A DNA stretch of 64,000 bases from an uncultured Nitrososphaerota archaeon (GCA_963718895.1 CAVRAG010000007.1:192001-256000), one strand, 5' to 3'; positions 9,369 to 22,143 are shown, counted from the first letter of the stretch. Made by a program: numbers and translations. The notes: a model not told the origin generated them from the sequence alone.

Positions 9369-11558
9369 CTAGTAGAGGGTTGCGAAGTATTCAGGTCCGA
9401 CTCCAGCAGCCGCTGCAGTACTCAGGGATGGGTTGAAGTAGAACCCTTGGACGTTTGTGGTCATCGTCACGAAGTTGACGTTGTACAAGGTCCAGAGGTA
9501 CATTACCTCTTTGTTGCCCAGGGTGTTCATCGCGTTGCTCGCAGTCACGATTCCGGCGATGTTGCCGGCGGCGCTAGCTGCGTTGGCTTGGGAGTTGAGC
9601 GTGGCCATCTGTGGGAGGTTCCATCCGTCAGCACCGGTGTAGGCCCCGTTCGGAGCGAACATCGGAGTGAGGAAGTCGAGAACCCACGGGTAGTCGTCAA
9701 TCCAGCCGAGGGCGTACATGTAGTAGTGTGTTGGGACCGCGAAGGCGTTGGCGAGGAGCTGTCCCGTTGGGACAGGCACGACAGTCACCGTGAGGCCCAT
9801 GTTGTATGTTGCGCTTACGTTGTTGACCACTGAGGCGATCTGGGTGAAGACCGCCGTGTCGAAGGTATCGCCCGAGGGGACGACGAGAGGTATGGTCTGT
9901 GCCACTGGGTTACTGCACTGGTTGTTGGACCCGAGGGTCGCACAGCCAAATGCGTTGTTGAAGAACCCTGCAGGCGCTGCCGTCCCGTTCACGAACTTGA
10001 ACGAGGTGAGCGGCGACTTCATGGCAGAGAGCAGGAGTGCCTGAACCTGGTCTGGGTTGAAGCTGTAGGCTGGGGTAATGGCAGAGTTGTACGAGCCTGT
10101 CGGTGGGAGCCCTGGCGGGACCACGTTGATGGCGACAGTACCCACCTTGTTGTTCACTGCGACGTTGACCTCGGTCATGTTGACGGCGTCCGAGAACGCA
10201 GTCCTCCATCTCAGGTCAGCGAACGGCTGGAACTTGTAGTATTGGCCCGTGAGTGAGCTGGTCACGTTGGTGTCGTAGGGGTCGAAGGTGAGACCATAGA
10301 ACGGGAATGTCCCGTAGAGTGAGACACCCGACGTGTCAGACTTCAACGTGTTGGAGTTGAGCCACGCGTTCCTGTCTGCGATGTCGTAGAGGTTGGTACC
10401 CGGCAGATCGATTGCCATCGCCTGTCCGGACTTGGCTGCGTTCTGGAGGTCGATCTCCCTGGTCGTCACGTCTGGGACGAACTTGAAGACGACTGTTGGG
10501 ATCTGCGCGTTAATCTTGGAGGAGTATGGTCCACCCCAGTAGCCCTGTCGGGCTGTGAGGGTGATCGTGTTTGACGCTACTGCGTTGCTCTGGAGCACAT
10601 AGGGCCCTGTCCCTGCTTGGGATCCCTGCTGCGAGGTGTTCAGGTAGGTGTTACCACAACCTCCCTGAGTGGAGCCTGCGTTACAGGTCGACGACAGGTC
10701 CTGGAAGTACTGGAGCATCTTGTTCTGGGTCGTTCCGGTCAGTTTGGCGTTGGGGAGTGTGTACCCTGCTGCGGATGTGTTCCACATCGCAAGGTCGTGT
10801 TGCATGACGTAGTTGGGCGCGAGGATGGTTGCCCACTGGCCCGCCAGAAGCTCCGGCACGGCCGACGATGGGTTCATCACGTTGATGTTGAAGGTGAGGG
10901 GTCCGGTTATCTGGACGAAGTTCTCCGCGAGGACTGCCTTCACGTAGTTCGACCCGTAGTTCTGAGCGGCCCCGCTGAGCGTCGTGCTCAGGCTGGTGTT
11001 CAGAAGCTGCGCGATGAGCCATGTGGCCTGCGTTGCGTGTCCGACCGGCGTGCTTCCGTCAAAGAGCAGGAGCCGGTTGAGGGAGAAGTAGACCGAAGAG
11101 GAGTTGAGTTGCTCACCGTCTGCGAAGGTGATGCCAGACCTCAGCGTGAAGCTGTAGGTCATCTGGTTGGAGGATACGGTGTAGCTCTGCGCTAGCCAGT
11201 CGATGATGCACGTGGAGCAGCTCGCGTTGTACCAGAGGAGCGGCTCGTAGACGTTCTGCATGATGTTGTAGTCGTAGGAGAAGTATGAGATTCCTGGATC
11301 CAGGTACTCTGGTGTCTCGGCCGTCTCATACGTGAACGTCGTTGGTACCGCCGTCTGTGAGGTGCTCGAGGTGGTGGTCGTTAAGGTTCCCGAAGAGGAA
11401 GTTGTCGTCGTGTTGGAGCTGGTCGTAGAACTGGAGGTGGTATTTGAGGAGCTACCCGATGTGACGAAGTAGACTCCGGCTGCAACTGCGATGATTAGGA
11501 TGACTATGATTATTGCTGCTGCGGTGGTAGAGATTCCGTTTCTACCGCGTCTTTGCAT
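9369..11558 (-). CDS. dppA: Family 5 ABC substrate-binding protein with class III-type signal peptide and Ser/Thr linker
   Basis: LDPG, NVYEPLLWY, YSFTLRSGITFADG, GTGPY, GWIDDYP motifs; N-terminus MQRRGRNG-ISTT plus a hydrophobic helix; first gene of the dpp operon; TATA TTAAATAA at 11583-11590. Confidence 0.88.
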   Translation of the reverse strand: MQRRGRNGISTTAAAIIIVILIIAVAAGVYFVTSGSSSNTTSSSTTSSNTTTTSSSGTLTTTTSSTSQTAVPTTFTYETAETPEYLDPGISYFSYDYNIMQNVYEPLLWYNASCSTCIIDWLAQSYTVSSNQMTYSFTLRSGITFADGEQLNSSSVYFSLNRLLLFDGSTPVGHATQATWLIAQLLNTSLSTTLSGAAQNYGSNYVKAVLAENFVQITGPLTFNINVMNPSSAVPELLAGQWATILAPNYVMQHDLAMWNTSAAGYTLPNAKLTGTTQNKMLQYFQDLSSTCNAGSTQGGCGNTYLNTSQQGSQAGTGPYVLQSNAVASNTITLTARQGYWGGPYSSKINAQIPTVVFKFVPDVTTREIDLQNAAKSGQAMAIDLPGTNLYDIADRNAWLNSNTLKSDTSGVSLYGTFPFYGLTFDPYDTNVTSSLTGQYYKFQPFADLRWRTAFSDAVNMTEVNVAVNNKVGTVAINVVPPGLPPTGSYNSAITPAYSFNPDQVQALLLSAMKSPLTSFKFVNGTAAPAGFFNNAFGCATLGSNNQCSNPVAQTIPLVVPSGDTFDTAVFTQIASVVNNVSATYNMGLTVTVVPVPTGQLLANAFAVPTHYYMYALGWIDDYPWVLDFLTPMFAPNGAYTGADGWNLPQMATLNSQANAASAAGNIAGIVTASNAMNTLGNKEVMYLWTLYNVNFVTMTTNVQGFYFNPSLSTAAAAGVGPEYFATLY

Positions 11559-11632
11559 TTTCAGAGTTACCGGCAAGCGAGATTATTTAAGTGTGATAGA
11601 GGGTCCCTACAACATATGTTGTAGCACGAGCC

Positions 11633-13659
11633 TCACCTTACGTCCATGCCCTCGTAGGCGCGCCTGGCCTCATCGACAGAGGTCTCGTCCTCGAGCGTGG
11701 CGACGTCTCCAAGGGGTTTCCCCTCGGCCACCGCCTTCAGGAGCCGCCTCATTATCTTCCCGCTGCGGGTCTTGGGCAGCTTGTTGACGAAGAAGACCTG
11801 CGACGGCTCAGCTATCGGGCTGAACCCATCCCTCACCCACCTCCTGACCTCCACGCGAAGCTCCTCCGACGGGTTGAATCCCTGCTTGAGGACGACGAAC
11901 GCGATTGGGACCTCGCCCTTGATGGCGTCCGGGATGGCCACGACCGCCGCCTCGGAGGCCGCCTGGTGCGAGACTATCGACGACTCGATCTCGTACGTTC
12001 CTAGCCTGTGCCCGGCGACCTTCAGAACCTCGTCCGCCCTTCCTGCGACCCAGATGTATCCGTCCTTGTCCTTCACGGCGTAGTCGCCGCAGAAGAAGAA
12101 GCCTGTCCCGGGAACCGCTCGAATAGTACTGCTTCTCGTACCTCTCGGGGTCGCCCCACATCCCCGTGGGGGCCCGGGCATCCCCGGCCAGGGGTTCTTG
12201 AGGACGAGGAGTCCCTTCTCGCCGGGCGTCACCGAGTCGCCCTTCTCGTCGACCACGTCCGCGTCGACGCCCGGTATCGGGAGCCCGTTTGTGCCGGGCT
12301 TCATCGGTATCAGCAAAGGCCCGGGAGGATGGCTTATCATTATCCCTCCGGTCTCGGTCATCCACCACGTCGAGCCGACCGGGCAGCGCCCGCGCCCGAC
12401 CAGGTCGAAGAGCCACCTCCAGGCGGAGGGGTTGATCGCCTCGCCGACGCTCTGTATGAGACGAAGGGACACAGGTCGTGCTTCTTGACAAGTTCGCGTC
12501 GCCGAACTTCATCTGGGATCCTCGTCGCCGTCGGCGTCGTGTAGAAGACCGAGACCCCGTAGCGTTCGATCTATCTGACCACCACCTGTCGGGCTGGGGC
12601 GTGTCGAGGGCCCCTTCGTAGAGGACGACGGTCGCGCCCTCGATCAGCGGGCCGAATGCGACGTAGCTGTGCCCGGTCACCCAGCCGATGTCCGCGGGGC
12701 ACCAGTAGACGTCGCTGTCCTTGTATGTCGAAGGCCCACTTCATCGTCGCGTGGAGGAGGACCGCGTACCCCCCGTTGTCGTGGATCATCCCCTTCGGCT
12801 TTCCCGTGGTGCCGGAGGTGTAGAGGACGTAGAGCGGGTGGTCGCTCTCCACCGGCCTCAGGCTCGACCGACGAGCCGGTCGCGGAACTCCGCGCATCAG
12901 GCCGTCATCTCGAAGTCCCTCCCCGGCCGTCATCGGGCACTGCACCGTCGAGCCTCTTCACCACTACGACGTTCTCTATCGACGGCGTCTGCTCGAGGGC
13001 CGCGTCGGCTATCTCCTTGAGCAGGACCTGCCTGACCCCTCCTGTTAGAAGCCGTCGGCGGTCACAGGAGCTTCGCGCCCAGGTCGTTGATCCTCGAGGA
13101 GAGGGAGTCTGCGCTGAACCCGCTGAAGACGACCGTGAACGTCAGACCGAGCCTCGCTGCCGCGAGGAGCGTCACTATCGCCTCCGGGATCAGCGGGCAG
13201 GTAGACGGCCATCTTGTCGCCCTTCTTCATGCCGAACTTGTTCTTCAGCAGCGAAGGCGAACCTGTCGACCTCCCTCAGCAGCTCGCCGTAGGTGAGCTT
13301 CCTCACCTCCTTCGGGGCTCCGTTCTCGTCCGATCGGCTCGCCCTCCCAGATGAGCGCAACCTTGTTCCTCCTCCAGGTCTTCGACGTGCCGGTCGAGCG
13401 CGAGGTGGGAGAGGTTCAGCCTTCCGCCGCGAAACCACTCGTAGACGTGAGGGTGGTCACCCGCGCTGAGAGGACCGTGTCCCAGGCTTCTGGACCACTC
13501 GAGCTCCCTTGCCAGCGCCTCCCACTGAGCACCTGACTCTGAGAGGCTCTTGGCGTGGAGGGCCTTGTAGGCGTCGACGTCGCTGCGGGCGCCGTGCCAC
13601 TCGGGCACCTCGACGGTCTCGTCGAGCGGGAGAGACTCTCCGAGGATCTCGGGATTCAC
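11633..13659 (-). CDS. acs: Acetyl-CoA synthetase (AMP-forming), multiple frameshifts
   Basis: Fragments in several frames: [70 protein letters not shown]. Confidence 0.88.
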
Positions 13660-13777
13660 ACTTCTCCCTCGGGCGTGGCTAAGGATTGCGTACTTAGCCT
13701 TTGTTGGTTTAACGTCGATTGGCGAACACCAAGCCGCACCGTTAAATCACGGCAGACGGGGTGCGCCACGTCTGGAA

Positions 13778-14550
13778 ATGGAGGAACTCGCTCTCAAGGC
13801 CAGCTCGCTCTCGAAGTCGTTCGGCCCGATCAGGGCGGTGAACGACATAGACTTCGCCATCAAGACGGGAGAGATCCTCGGGCTACTGGGCCCGAACGGG
13901 TCCGGCAAGTCGACGACCATGAAGATGATCCTCGGCATCCTCAAGCCGGACGCCGGGACCATAACCGTGGAGGGAATCGACGTCGCCCGCGACCCGATCG
14001 GGGTGAAGCGGATCGTCGGCTACGTCCCCGAGACGCCGGCAGATCTACGAGTTCCTGACCGGGATCGAGTACCTCGACTTCATCTCCGACATGTACAGCA
14101 TCCCCACGGCCGAGAGGAAGGAGAGGATAGGGCAGTTCCTCGACGGGCTGCAGCTCAAGGGGTCACGAGAACGAACTGATCAGCGGGTACTCCCAGGGGA
14201 TGAAGCAGAAGATAGCCATAATCTCCGCGCTTCTCCACAGGCCGAAGGTGCTCGTGCTGGACGAGGCCCTCAACGGGCTCGACCCCCGATCGGCCAAGCT
14301 TGTGAAGGACCTGCTAAGGAACCTGGCAGACGAGGGGATCTCGGTCCTCTTCAGCACACACGTCCTCGAGATAGCCGAGGCGCTCTGCGACGACGTCGCC
14401 ATAATGTATCAGGGCTCGATACTCGCGAACGGCACGGTCGCTGACCTGAGGCAGAAGGCCGGCCTCCCGGGGTCTACACTCGAGGAGGTCTTCCTCAAGA
14501 TTACGGGCACGGGCGACCTCGGAGACGTGGTGAGGGAGCTCAGCCGTTGA
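13778..14550 (+). CDS. ABC exporter ATP-binding protein (frameshifted)
   Basis: GPNGSGKST in 13778..14179; SQGMKQK, LDEALNGLD and STH in 14200..14550. Confidence 0.85.
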
Positions 14551-16222
14551 ACCCACGGAAGATACTCGCCATAACCATAGCGCTCTCGAAGTCACAACTC
14601 CGCGCCAGCCGCAGCGGAAGGGCGGGGCTGAGCTTCTTGAGGAAGCCGTCCATCCTGCTCATACTCGACGTCGCAGCGTTCGCCATCTGCACCGGCCTGG
14701 GCTATGTCGGCGTGACGCTGCTCCAGGGATTCTCGGGTCCGTCTGCGTCCGCGTCCGGTCTGCAGATCTATAGCGAGGTCGCGAAGGCCCTGAAGGAGGC
14801 GCTGGTATTCATCCCGGTCTTCGTCCCCGGGATGGTGCTCATAGCAGGGCTCCTCTTCGAGCTGAACGTCTCGTCCAAGTTCTCGGCGAGCGACACCGTG
14901 AACTGGCTCCCCATAACCCAGGCCGAGTACGTCATCGCCTCCGCGCTCTCAGTCGCCTACAACTATTCGATATCGGTCGCGATAGCCCTGGGCATAACGC
15001 TCGCCCCGTCGGTCTACCTGGGGTACGGGTGGGCGTGGGCCGGCGTCGCCCTGGTGAGCGTGCTGACGCTCTTCACGGGAGGCGCGCTGGTGGAGATCCT
15101 CAGGGCGGCGACGAACCGCGTCAGCTCGGTCGTGATGAAACGCGCCCGCAGAGGCGCACTCGTCTTCAGGCTCGCGCTGATGGTCGTGATAATCCTGGTC
15201 TTCGAGACCGTCTTCAACCCGACCATCCTGATCACGGTCGTCAACACGCTGTCCAGCTCGCTCTCGGTCTTCGTCTTCATACCGTTGTTCTGGGGCGCCC
15301 TCGCCATCGAGGGGGTCCTCAGCGGCGACCCCCTGCGGGTCCTGGTCTTCTCGGCCGGGACCGTGGGATTCACGGGAGCTCTGGTCTGGATCGCCACGAG
15401 GGTCCGGTCGAGGTACTGGTCGCCGGCGGCTTTCTCTGTGATCGATCACGAGTTCGGAGTACGCGCCCCGCTCCAGCTCGCTACTCAGGATGGGGCTCTC
15501 GGAAGGCGGGGCGGCGATTGTCCGGAAAGACCTCAAGGGGATCACCAGGAGGCGCGAGCTCCTCTCATTCATGGCCATCCCGATCGTCTTCGTCGCGCTC
15601 TTCCTCGTCGAGGGAGTCACCAACACTTCGGGCGGGGTAGCAGCAGAGGGCGGATTCTTCGCGGACTTCCCGACCCTCTTTGCGGCTAGCTTCTTCGCGC
15701 TCCTGATATCTTCTATCAGCTTCGGCCAGGAGAGCAAGTCGGTGATGGTCCTGTACTCTCTCCCCATAATGCCGGCGGAGATACTGAAGGCGAAGGCTTT
15801 CCTGGCGCTCGCGTTCTCGCTCGGCGCGACTCTCAGTCACACTCACGATATTCTCGGTGGTTGGGGGGTCGTCCCCCGGCGTCATTCTGGAGGACCTCGC
15901 GATCGCGGTCTCGATCACCGTGGAGGAGGTCTGCGTGGGTCTGGCCTTCGGGGCGAGGTTCCCTGACTTCCAGGAGAGGCCCCGACCCAGGTTCGTCGAC
16001 CCAATCTGGCTCCTGGTGATGACCGTGGTCGGCCTAGGTGTAGCGCTCGTGACCGCGCTCCCGATAATATTCAGGGACATCCTAACCGCCGTCCCCGGGG
16101 CGTTCTCCGTGCCATGGTATCTCTTCCCAGCCGGCGTCGTCTTCGCGGGGATCGTTAGCGTCTTCGCCTACCGGTTCGCTAGGTCGAGCTCGGAGAAGCT
16201 GATGGCCGAGTACAGGATATAG
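14547..16222 (+). CDS. Large multi-pass ABC-2-type permease (frameshifted)
   Basis: Three consecutive hydrophobic ORF pieces (14547, 15490, 15857) with a central IVRKDLKGITRR motif; overlaps the ATPase stop by 4 nt. Confidence 0.7.
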
Positions 16223-16271
16223 TCGGCCTGACCGCGAAGGTTTATTCCGGAGCCGACCTAGTCCCGGTTGA

Positions 16272-17729
16272 TTGAAGGACGAGTCCTTCGGCTACGACAC
16301 CTTCCTCTCGCCGTTCACATGGAGGTACGGGAGCAAGGAGATGAGGGAACTCTTCTCCGAGCGCACGAGGAGGTCGACGTGGAGGAGGGTCTGGCTCGAG
16401 CTCACGAGGGCCCAGGCGGGGTTCGGCCTGCTCTCAGCGGAGGAGCTAAGGAAGATAGCTGCAAAATCGGGAGAGACCGACGTCGACATCGCGAGGGCCC
16501 ACGAGCTGGAGAAGAAGATCAGGCACGACCTCATGGCCGAGCTGCGGACGTTCGCGGAGCAGGTCGGGAAGGCCGGCGGGAAGCTCCACCTCGGCGCGAC
16601 CTCGATGGACATCGAGGACAACGGGGACATCCTGATATTCAGGCGGGCGCTCGACCTCCTGCTGACCAGGCTCGTCAACTGCCTCGACGCAGCTAAGGTG
16701 AGAATCCTGGAGCACCGGGGGACCGTCTGCATGGCCTGGACGCACCTCCAGCCCGCCGAGCCGACCACCCTCGGCTACCGGTTCGCAAACTATGCCCAGG
16801 ACGTGCTGATGGACATACAGCTCCTGGAGTTCATCAAGGACCGCTTCGTCAAGGGCAAGGGGATGAAGGGCGCCGTCGGGACCTCGGCGGGCTTCGAGAA
16901 GCTGCTCGGGGACAGCAAGGATGTGAAGGAGCTCGAGAGGAGAGTGATGTCAGCCCTCGGGCTGGACTCGTTCGAGGTCTCCACGCAGACCTACCCGAGG
17001 AAGCTGGACTACGTCATGCTCTCGTGCCTGGCGTCAATCGCCGCCTCGTGTCATAAGTTCGGCCTCGACCTCAGGGTGATGCAGTCCCCGAACTTCGGAG
17101 AGCTCTCGGAGCCCATAGGCGAGTTTCAGGTCGGGTCGAGCGCCATGCCGTTCAAGAGGAACCCGGTGAGCGCCGAGCGTATGTGCTCACTCGCGAGGCT
17201 CGTCTCGGGGTACCCGGCCCTGGCTTTCGGCAACGCCGCGAACAACATCCTCGAGAGAACCCTCGACGACTCTGCGAGCCGCAGGGTGGCGATACCGGAG
17301 GCGTTCCTTGCAATCGACGAGTGCCTCATGATCTACGAGAAGCTCATGCGCGGGCTGAAGGTCTATCCCGCGATGATAGAGAAGAACCTCGACAAGTTCG
17401 GGCCTTTCGCTGGGACAGAAGCGGTGATGATGAAGATGGTCGAGAAGGGAGCCGACCGTCAGAAGGTCCACGAGCTGCTCAGGGTGAAGTCCTTCAAGGC
17501 CTGGGAAGATGTGATGAACGACCACCCGAACCCTCTCGCGGCGATGCTCTCAGCAGAGAAGGAGATCTCGTCGAAGATAGGGAAGACAGAGGTGCGCAGG
17601 CTGCTCGACCCTCGGCACCACACGGGGGACGCCGAGCGCAGATGCAGCCTACTGGTGAGGGACTCGATCAACCCCGTCCTCAGGACCTACAAGGACAAGG
17701 TCGGGATATCGGGCGCGGTCGAGTACTAG
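16272..17729 (+). CDS. purB: Adenylosuccinate lyase
   Basis: RHDLMA, HLGATS, THLQPA and signature GSSAMPFKRNP. Confidence 0.95.
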   Translation: MKDESFGYDTFLSPFTWRYGSKEMRELFSERTRRSTWRRVWLELTRAQAGFGLLSAEELRKIAAKSGETDVDIARAHELEKKIRHDLMAELRTFAEQVGKAGGKLHLGATSMDIEDNGDILIFRRALDLLLTRLVNCLDAAKVRILEHRGTVCMAWTHLQPAEPTTLGYRFANYAQDVLMDIQLLEFIKDRFVKGKGMKGAVGTSAGFEKLLGDSKDVKELERRVMSALGLDSFEVSTQTYPRKLDYVMLSCLASIAASCHKFGLDLRVMQSPNFGELSEPIGEFQVGSSAMPFKRNPVSAERMCSLARLVSGYPALAFGNAANNILERTLDDSASRRVAIPEAFLAIDECLMIYEKLMRGLKVYPAMIEKNLDKFGPFAGTEAVMMKMVEKGADRQKVHELLRVKSFKAWEDVMNDHPNPLAAMLSAEKEISSKIGKTEVRRLLDPRHHTGDAERRCSLLVRDSINPVLRTYKDKVGISGAVEY

Positions 17730-18762
17730 CCGGAAAGGCGCAGAGAGCCAACGCGCACTCCGGCGCCCCGGACCACGGACCCTATCTTGTCTGCGGGAAA
17801 CCCGCGCTTCCTGAAGACCCTCGCGACCGGCCCGGCTTCTTCGGGTGGGACGACTACGCACAGCCCCACGCCCATGTTGAAGGTTCTCAGCATGTCCGAG
17901 TCCGAGAGAGCGCCCTCGGTCTGGATCATCCGGAAGATGGGTGGCGGCTGAGGGAGTTCCAGCGAGAACCCCAGGTTGCGGCCTCCGACGAGCCTGCTGA
18001 GCTTCCGGAACGAGCCGCCCGTTATGTGGCCCATGGCGTGGACCTCGTGCGTCGCCAGGGCCTCCAGGGCGGGTCTGACGTAGATCCTCGTGGGCGTGAG
18101 CATCGCGTCGCCCAGCGTCGACCCGAGCTCTTCGACGTGTTCCCCCAGGGCGTGTCCGGCTTGAAGGACACTGCGTGCCAGCGTGTACCCGTTCGAGTGC
18201 AATCCCGAGCTTGCCACGCCGACTACGCAGATCGCCCTCGGCGACGGCGGACCCGTCCAGGATCCTGGCTCTCTCAACCACTCCAACCCCCATCGAGACG
18301 AGGTCAAACCCCTTCACGGAGTTCCCCATTATGGCCGTCTCGCCCCCGACGATTGCGGTCGACGCCTCGCGGGCGCCTGCCACCAGCCCCTCCATGAGCC
18401 TGGAGACGAGCACCTCGTCCTCCTTCTCGAGCGCGATGTAGTCGAGCAGTGCCACCGGCTCGGCCCCGATGCAGATTAGGTCGTTGACCGTCATCGCGAC
18501 GCAGTCTATCCCGACGGTCTCGTATCTGTCCATCTGGATGGCGAGCTGGACCTTGGTCCCGACGCCGTCGGTGTGCATCGCGAGCGCCCGGCCGCCCCCG
18601 ATGTCTATCAGCCCCGCATAGTGGCCTATTCCCATCAGGGGCATCCCGAACCTGCCCTTGCGGGTGGAGAAGGTGCGGGCCAGGGACGCGGCCACGGAGC
18701 CCTGTATCTTTCTCACTCGGGCCACGTCCACGCCCGCCCTGGCATAGGCGTCTCTTCTTCAT
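17726..18762 (-). CDS. purM: AIR synthetase (frameshifted)
   Basis: TDGVGTK, GIDCVAMTVND, GGETA, SSGLHSNGY, HITGG, TFNMGVG across three frames. Confidence 0.92.
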
Positions 18763-18780
18763 GTGGTCGCCCGACCCCGC

Positions 18781-19619
18781 TCAGAGCGTCCTGCCGCTCA
18801 ACACCTCGTAGATGTGCACGTATCGGTCGCTCACGAGCGAGATCGAGTTCCGGGGGGAGCGTGGGTGGGACTGGAGTCGGTCCCCCGCTCTTCCGCGCCC
18901 GGTCGAGACTCTCCTTGTAACCCGCGGCGATCAGCCAGTCACGGACAGGCTGCTTGTCGTAGCTGTCCTGGGACTTGCCGGGAGCGTACCTCTCGGAGGG
19001 CCACATCCTGAACTCGTCCGGCCCTATCGAGTCTCCCAGCAGCACCCTGCCGTCCCTCCTCCCGAATTCCAGCTTCAGGTCGGCGAGTATGAAGCCCGAG
19101 TCCAGGGCCTTCTGGCTCATCTTGCCGTAGATCGAGACGGTCGAGGCCTTCACCTCGCTCCATCTCGGAGGCGCTCATCCTTCCCTCACGGACTATCTCC
19201 GCCTCGGTGATAGGCTCGTCCTTCACCTCGGACTTGGTCGTCGGGTCGAAGTACGGGGCGGGGAGCTTGGCTGCGAGAACCTTGTCTACGGGGAGGGAGA
19301 CCTCTCCCTTGAGGAGCCGGTCGTAGAGGCTCCCGTAGAGGTACCCCCTGACCACGCACTCCACGGGGATCATCGTCATCTTCTGGACGACCATCATGTT
19401 GGGGCCTTCGGTGGAGACCATGTGGTTCGGAACCCCCAGGGACTCGAACCAGAACGCGGAGAGCTTGCAGAGGACCTCGCCCTTTCTCGGGATGGTCGAC
19501 GGGAGCACGACGTCGAACGCCGAGACCCTGTCGGTGAAATAGAAGAGCAGGTGGTCCGCGTCCAGCTCGTAGATGTCCTTGACCTTCCCGGAGCGGAGGA
19601 AGGTCCCCCGGGGGGTCAT
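18781..19619 (-). CDS. purC: SAICAR synthetase (frameshifted)
   Basis: [43 protein letters not shown]. Confidence 0.92.
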
Positions 19620-20059
19620 CTCCAAGCCGCTCTCATCCTCGCCAGCCGCTCTGCGACCCCGCTGTCGTTTAGGGCCAGTATCTCGGCGGCGAGAATCCCG
19701 GCGTTCCGGGCGTTGTCCACGCCGACGCAGGCAACCGGGACACCCGGGGGCATCTGGACGATGGAGAGCAGGGAGTCCAGTCCGTTGAGCTTGACGCTAA
19801 CGGGGACGCCTATCACGGGCCTCAACGTCATCGAGGCCACAACACCTGGCAGGTGGGCGGCCAGTCCCGCCACAGCGATGAAGACCTTGGCGTCAGAGCT
19901 CGTGACGTATTCCCGCAGCCCCTCGGGATTCCGATGCGCCGAGATGAACCTCACCTCGTGAGGCACCTCCAGCTCCGTCAGTATCTTCGAGGCCTCGTCC
20001 GTGACCGCCTGGTCACTCTTGCTTCCAGCTATTATGGCGACGTTCAGTTTCTGTGACAT
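19616..20059 (-). CDS. purE: N5-CAIR mutase / AIR carboxylase
   Basis: [30 protein letters not shown]. Confidence 0.95.
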   Translation of the reverse strand: MSQKLNVAIIAGSKSDQAVTDEASKILTELEVPHEVRFISAHRNPEGLREYVTSSDAKVFIAVAGLAAHLPGVVASMTLRPVIGVPVSVKLNGLDSLLSIVQMPPGVPVACVGVDNARNAGILAAEILALNDSGVAERLARMRAAWR

Positions 20060-20060
20060 A

Positions 20061-20642
20061 TCATTCACCAACCGGTCTCCTCGCGAACCTCAGGACCCTG
20101 CTCTCGGTGACGACGAGGTCCAGGGGGACGTCCGAGGGTACATCGGGGATCGCAGGAACTCGCTGAGACTCAAGGGCGAGCCCGACCGCGACCGAAGGTC
20201 CGCGCTCCGCCAGCGCGCGGTCGAAGTAGCCCCTGCCGTAGCCTATGCGGTGCCCGCGGTCGTCCCATGCCACGAGCGGGACGAGGACCAGGTTGCTCTC
20301 CTCGAGGGCTACGGCCACCGAATCTCGACTCGGTTCGAGAATCCCGAACCGTCCCGGAGAGAGCTCCTCGAGTCCGCCTATCTCGAAGAAGATCAGGGAC
20401 CTTGAAGAATCGTCGACCAGAGGGACTGCGACGCGCTTGCCATCGGCGAGCATCCGCCGTATCAGCTCAGGGGTCTGGACCTCGTAGTCCCTTGAGACGT
20501 AGCAGACGACGAGACGGGCGTCGCGGTATTCGCCCAGGGCGGCCAAGTTCTCCCGCACCAGCAGGCTCTCGCGGGTCAGCTGGGAGAGGGAGATCTTCCT
20601 CCTGGAGTGAAGGGCTTCTGCCCGAAGCTCATCCTTGCTCAT
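20061..20642 (-). CDS. 5-formyltetrahydrofolate cyclo-ligase
   Basis: K..LR N-terminus, [32 protein letters not shown]. Confidence 0.92.
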   Translation of the reverse strand: MSKDELRAEALHSRRKISLSQLTRESLLVRENLAALGEYRDARLVVCYVSRDYEVQTPELIRRMLADGKRVAVPLVDDSSRSLIFFEIGGLEELSPGRFGILEPSRDSVAVALEESNLVLVPLVAWDDRGHRIGYGRGYFDRALAERGPSVAVGLALESQRVPAIPDVPSDVPLDLVVTESRVLRFARRPVGE

Positions 20643-21522
20643 ACCTTCAGCACCGATGCCTCCTTCAGTCCGTGCTGCTTCGCGGCCGCGACGAGGGTGT
20701 TCTCCATCAGCATCACCACGGTCATGGGTCCGACGCCTCCGGGAACCGGGGTGATGTACGAGGCCTTCGGAGAGACGTCCTCGAAGTCCACGTCCCCGAC
20801 GAGCTTCCCTCCGACCCGGTTCATGGCGACGTCCACGACGACCGCCCCGTCCCTGACCATGTCACGCGTGATGGAGAACTGGGGCCTGCGGCCCACGGCG
20901 GAGATGAGGATGTCCGCCTGGCGCGTTATCCCCAGGAGGTCGCGGGACTTGGAATGGCAGACCGTGACGGTCGCGTCCTCGGCGAGGAGGAGGTGGAAGA
21001 GCGGCTTGCCCACCAGAGCGCTCCTGTTGATGATGACGGCTCGGCGCCCGGCGATTGGGATCTTGTAGTGGTGGAGCAGCCCCATCACCCCCCTGGGCGT
21101 GCAGGGTATCAGGCTCGCCTGGCCGTAGAACGAGCCGGCCCATGTTCTCGGAGGTGAGGCCGTCGACGTCCTTCTCGGACGAGATCCGTCTCGATCATTC
21201 TCCGGCCGTCGAGGTGCTGTGGGAGGGGGAGCTGGAGCAGTATCCCGTTACCGAACGGTCGGCGTTCAGAGAGTCGATGAGGTCGGCCAGCTCCTCCTCG
21301 CTTGGCGATCCCGGAGAGAGTGTGGTTCTCCGACCTTATCCCTATCTCCTCGGCGGCCTTGTGCTTGCTGGCGAGGTAGACCTTCGAGGGGGCGTCGTCC
21401 CCTACGAGGATGGTGGCTATCTTCGGCTCGACCCCCACCTTCTTCATGTACTCGGCCTCCTCCTTGAGGGTCTGCTTCGTCACAGCCGCCACGGACTTCC
21501 CGTCCATCAGGATCGCGGTCAC
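20639..21522 (-). CDS. folD: Methylene-THF dehydrogenase/cyclohydrolase (frameshifted)
   Basis: DGKSVA, S..Y...[40 protein letters not shown]. Confidence 0.92.
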
Positions 21523-22143
21523 TGTCTTGCGCTCACCTTCCTTCCCTTCAATGCTAAGTTTCCCCTCGACAAAAAGCTTCACGGCGTAGGGGTAGATGCA
21601 CGTGTTCCTGCTTGAGAATCCTCGCGGAGAGGCTCTCAAGGGTGTCGCCCTCCACCACCTCGACGGCCCTCTGGAGGATGATCGGCCCGGCGTCCACCTC
21701 GGGGACGACGAAGTGGACCGTGCACCCCGTGACCTTCACTCCGTACTCGAGCGCCTGCTCCTGCGCTTTCAGGCCGGGGAACGACGGCAGGAGCGACGGG
21801 TGGATGTTGAGAATCCGCCCGCTGAATCTCGAGACGAACTCCGGTGTCAGGAGGCGCATGAAACCTGCGAGCAGGACCAGCCCCGAGGACGGCTCGACCC
21901 CGTGTCTCATGAGAGCGTCCTCGAGCCTCCGGTCGTAGGCGGCGCGCTCCAGCCCCTCCGCCCTCGATCACCTCCACGGCAGCGCCGTACTTCTTCGCGA
22001 TGTCGAGCGCGCGCGACTCCCGGCTTGTTGCTGATAACCACCTCGATGGTCGCGTCCTTGATGAACCCGCTCCGTGTAGCCTTGAGAAGGGCCTCGAGGT
22101 TCGAGCCCCTGCCCGAGACGAGGACGCCGATCTTGCAGGTCAA
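21519..22143 (-). CDS. purN: Phosphoribosylglycinamide formyltransferase (folate-dependent; frameshifted)
   Basis: GVLVSGRGSNL, LAGFMRLL, NIHPSLLP, GCTVHFV..VDAGPII. Confidence 0.92.
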
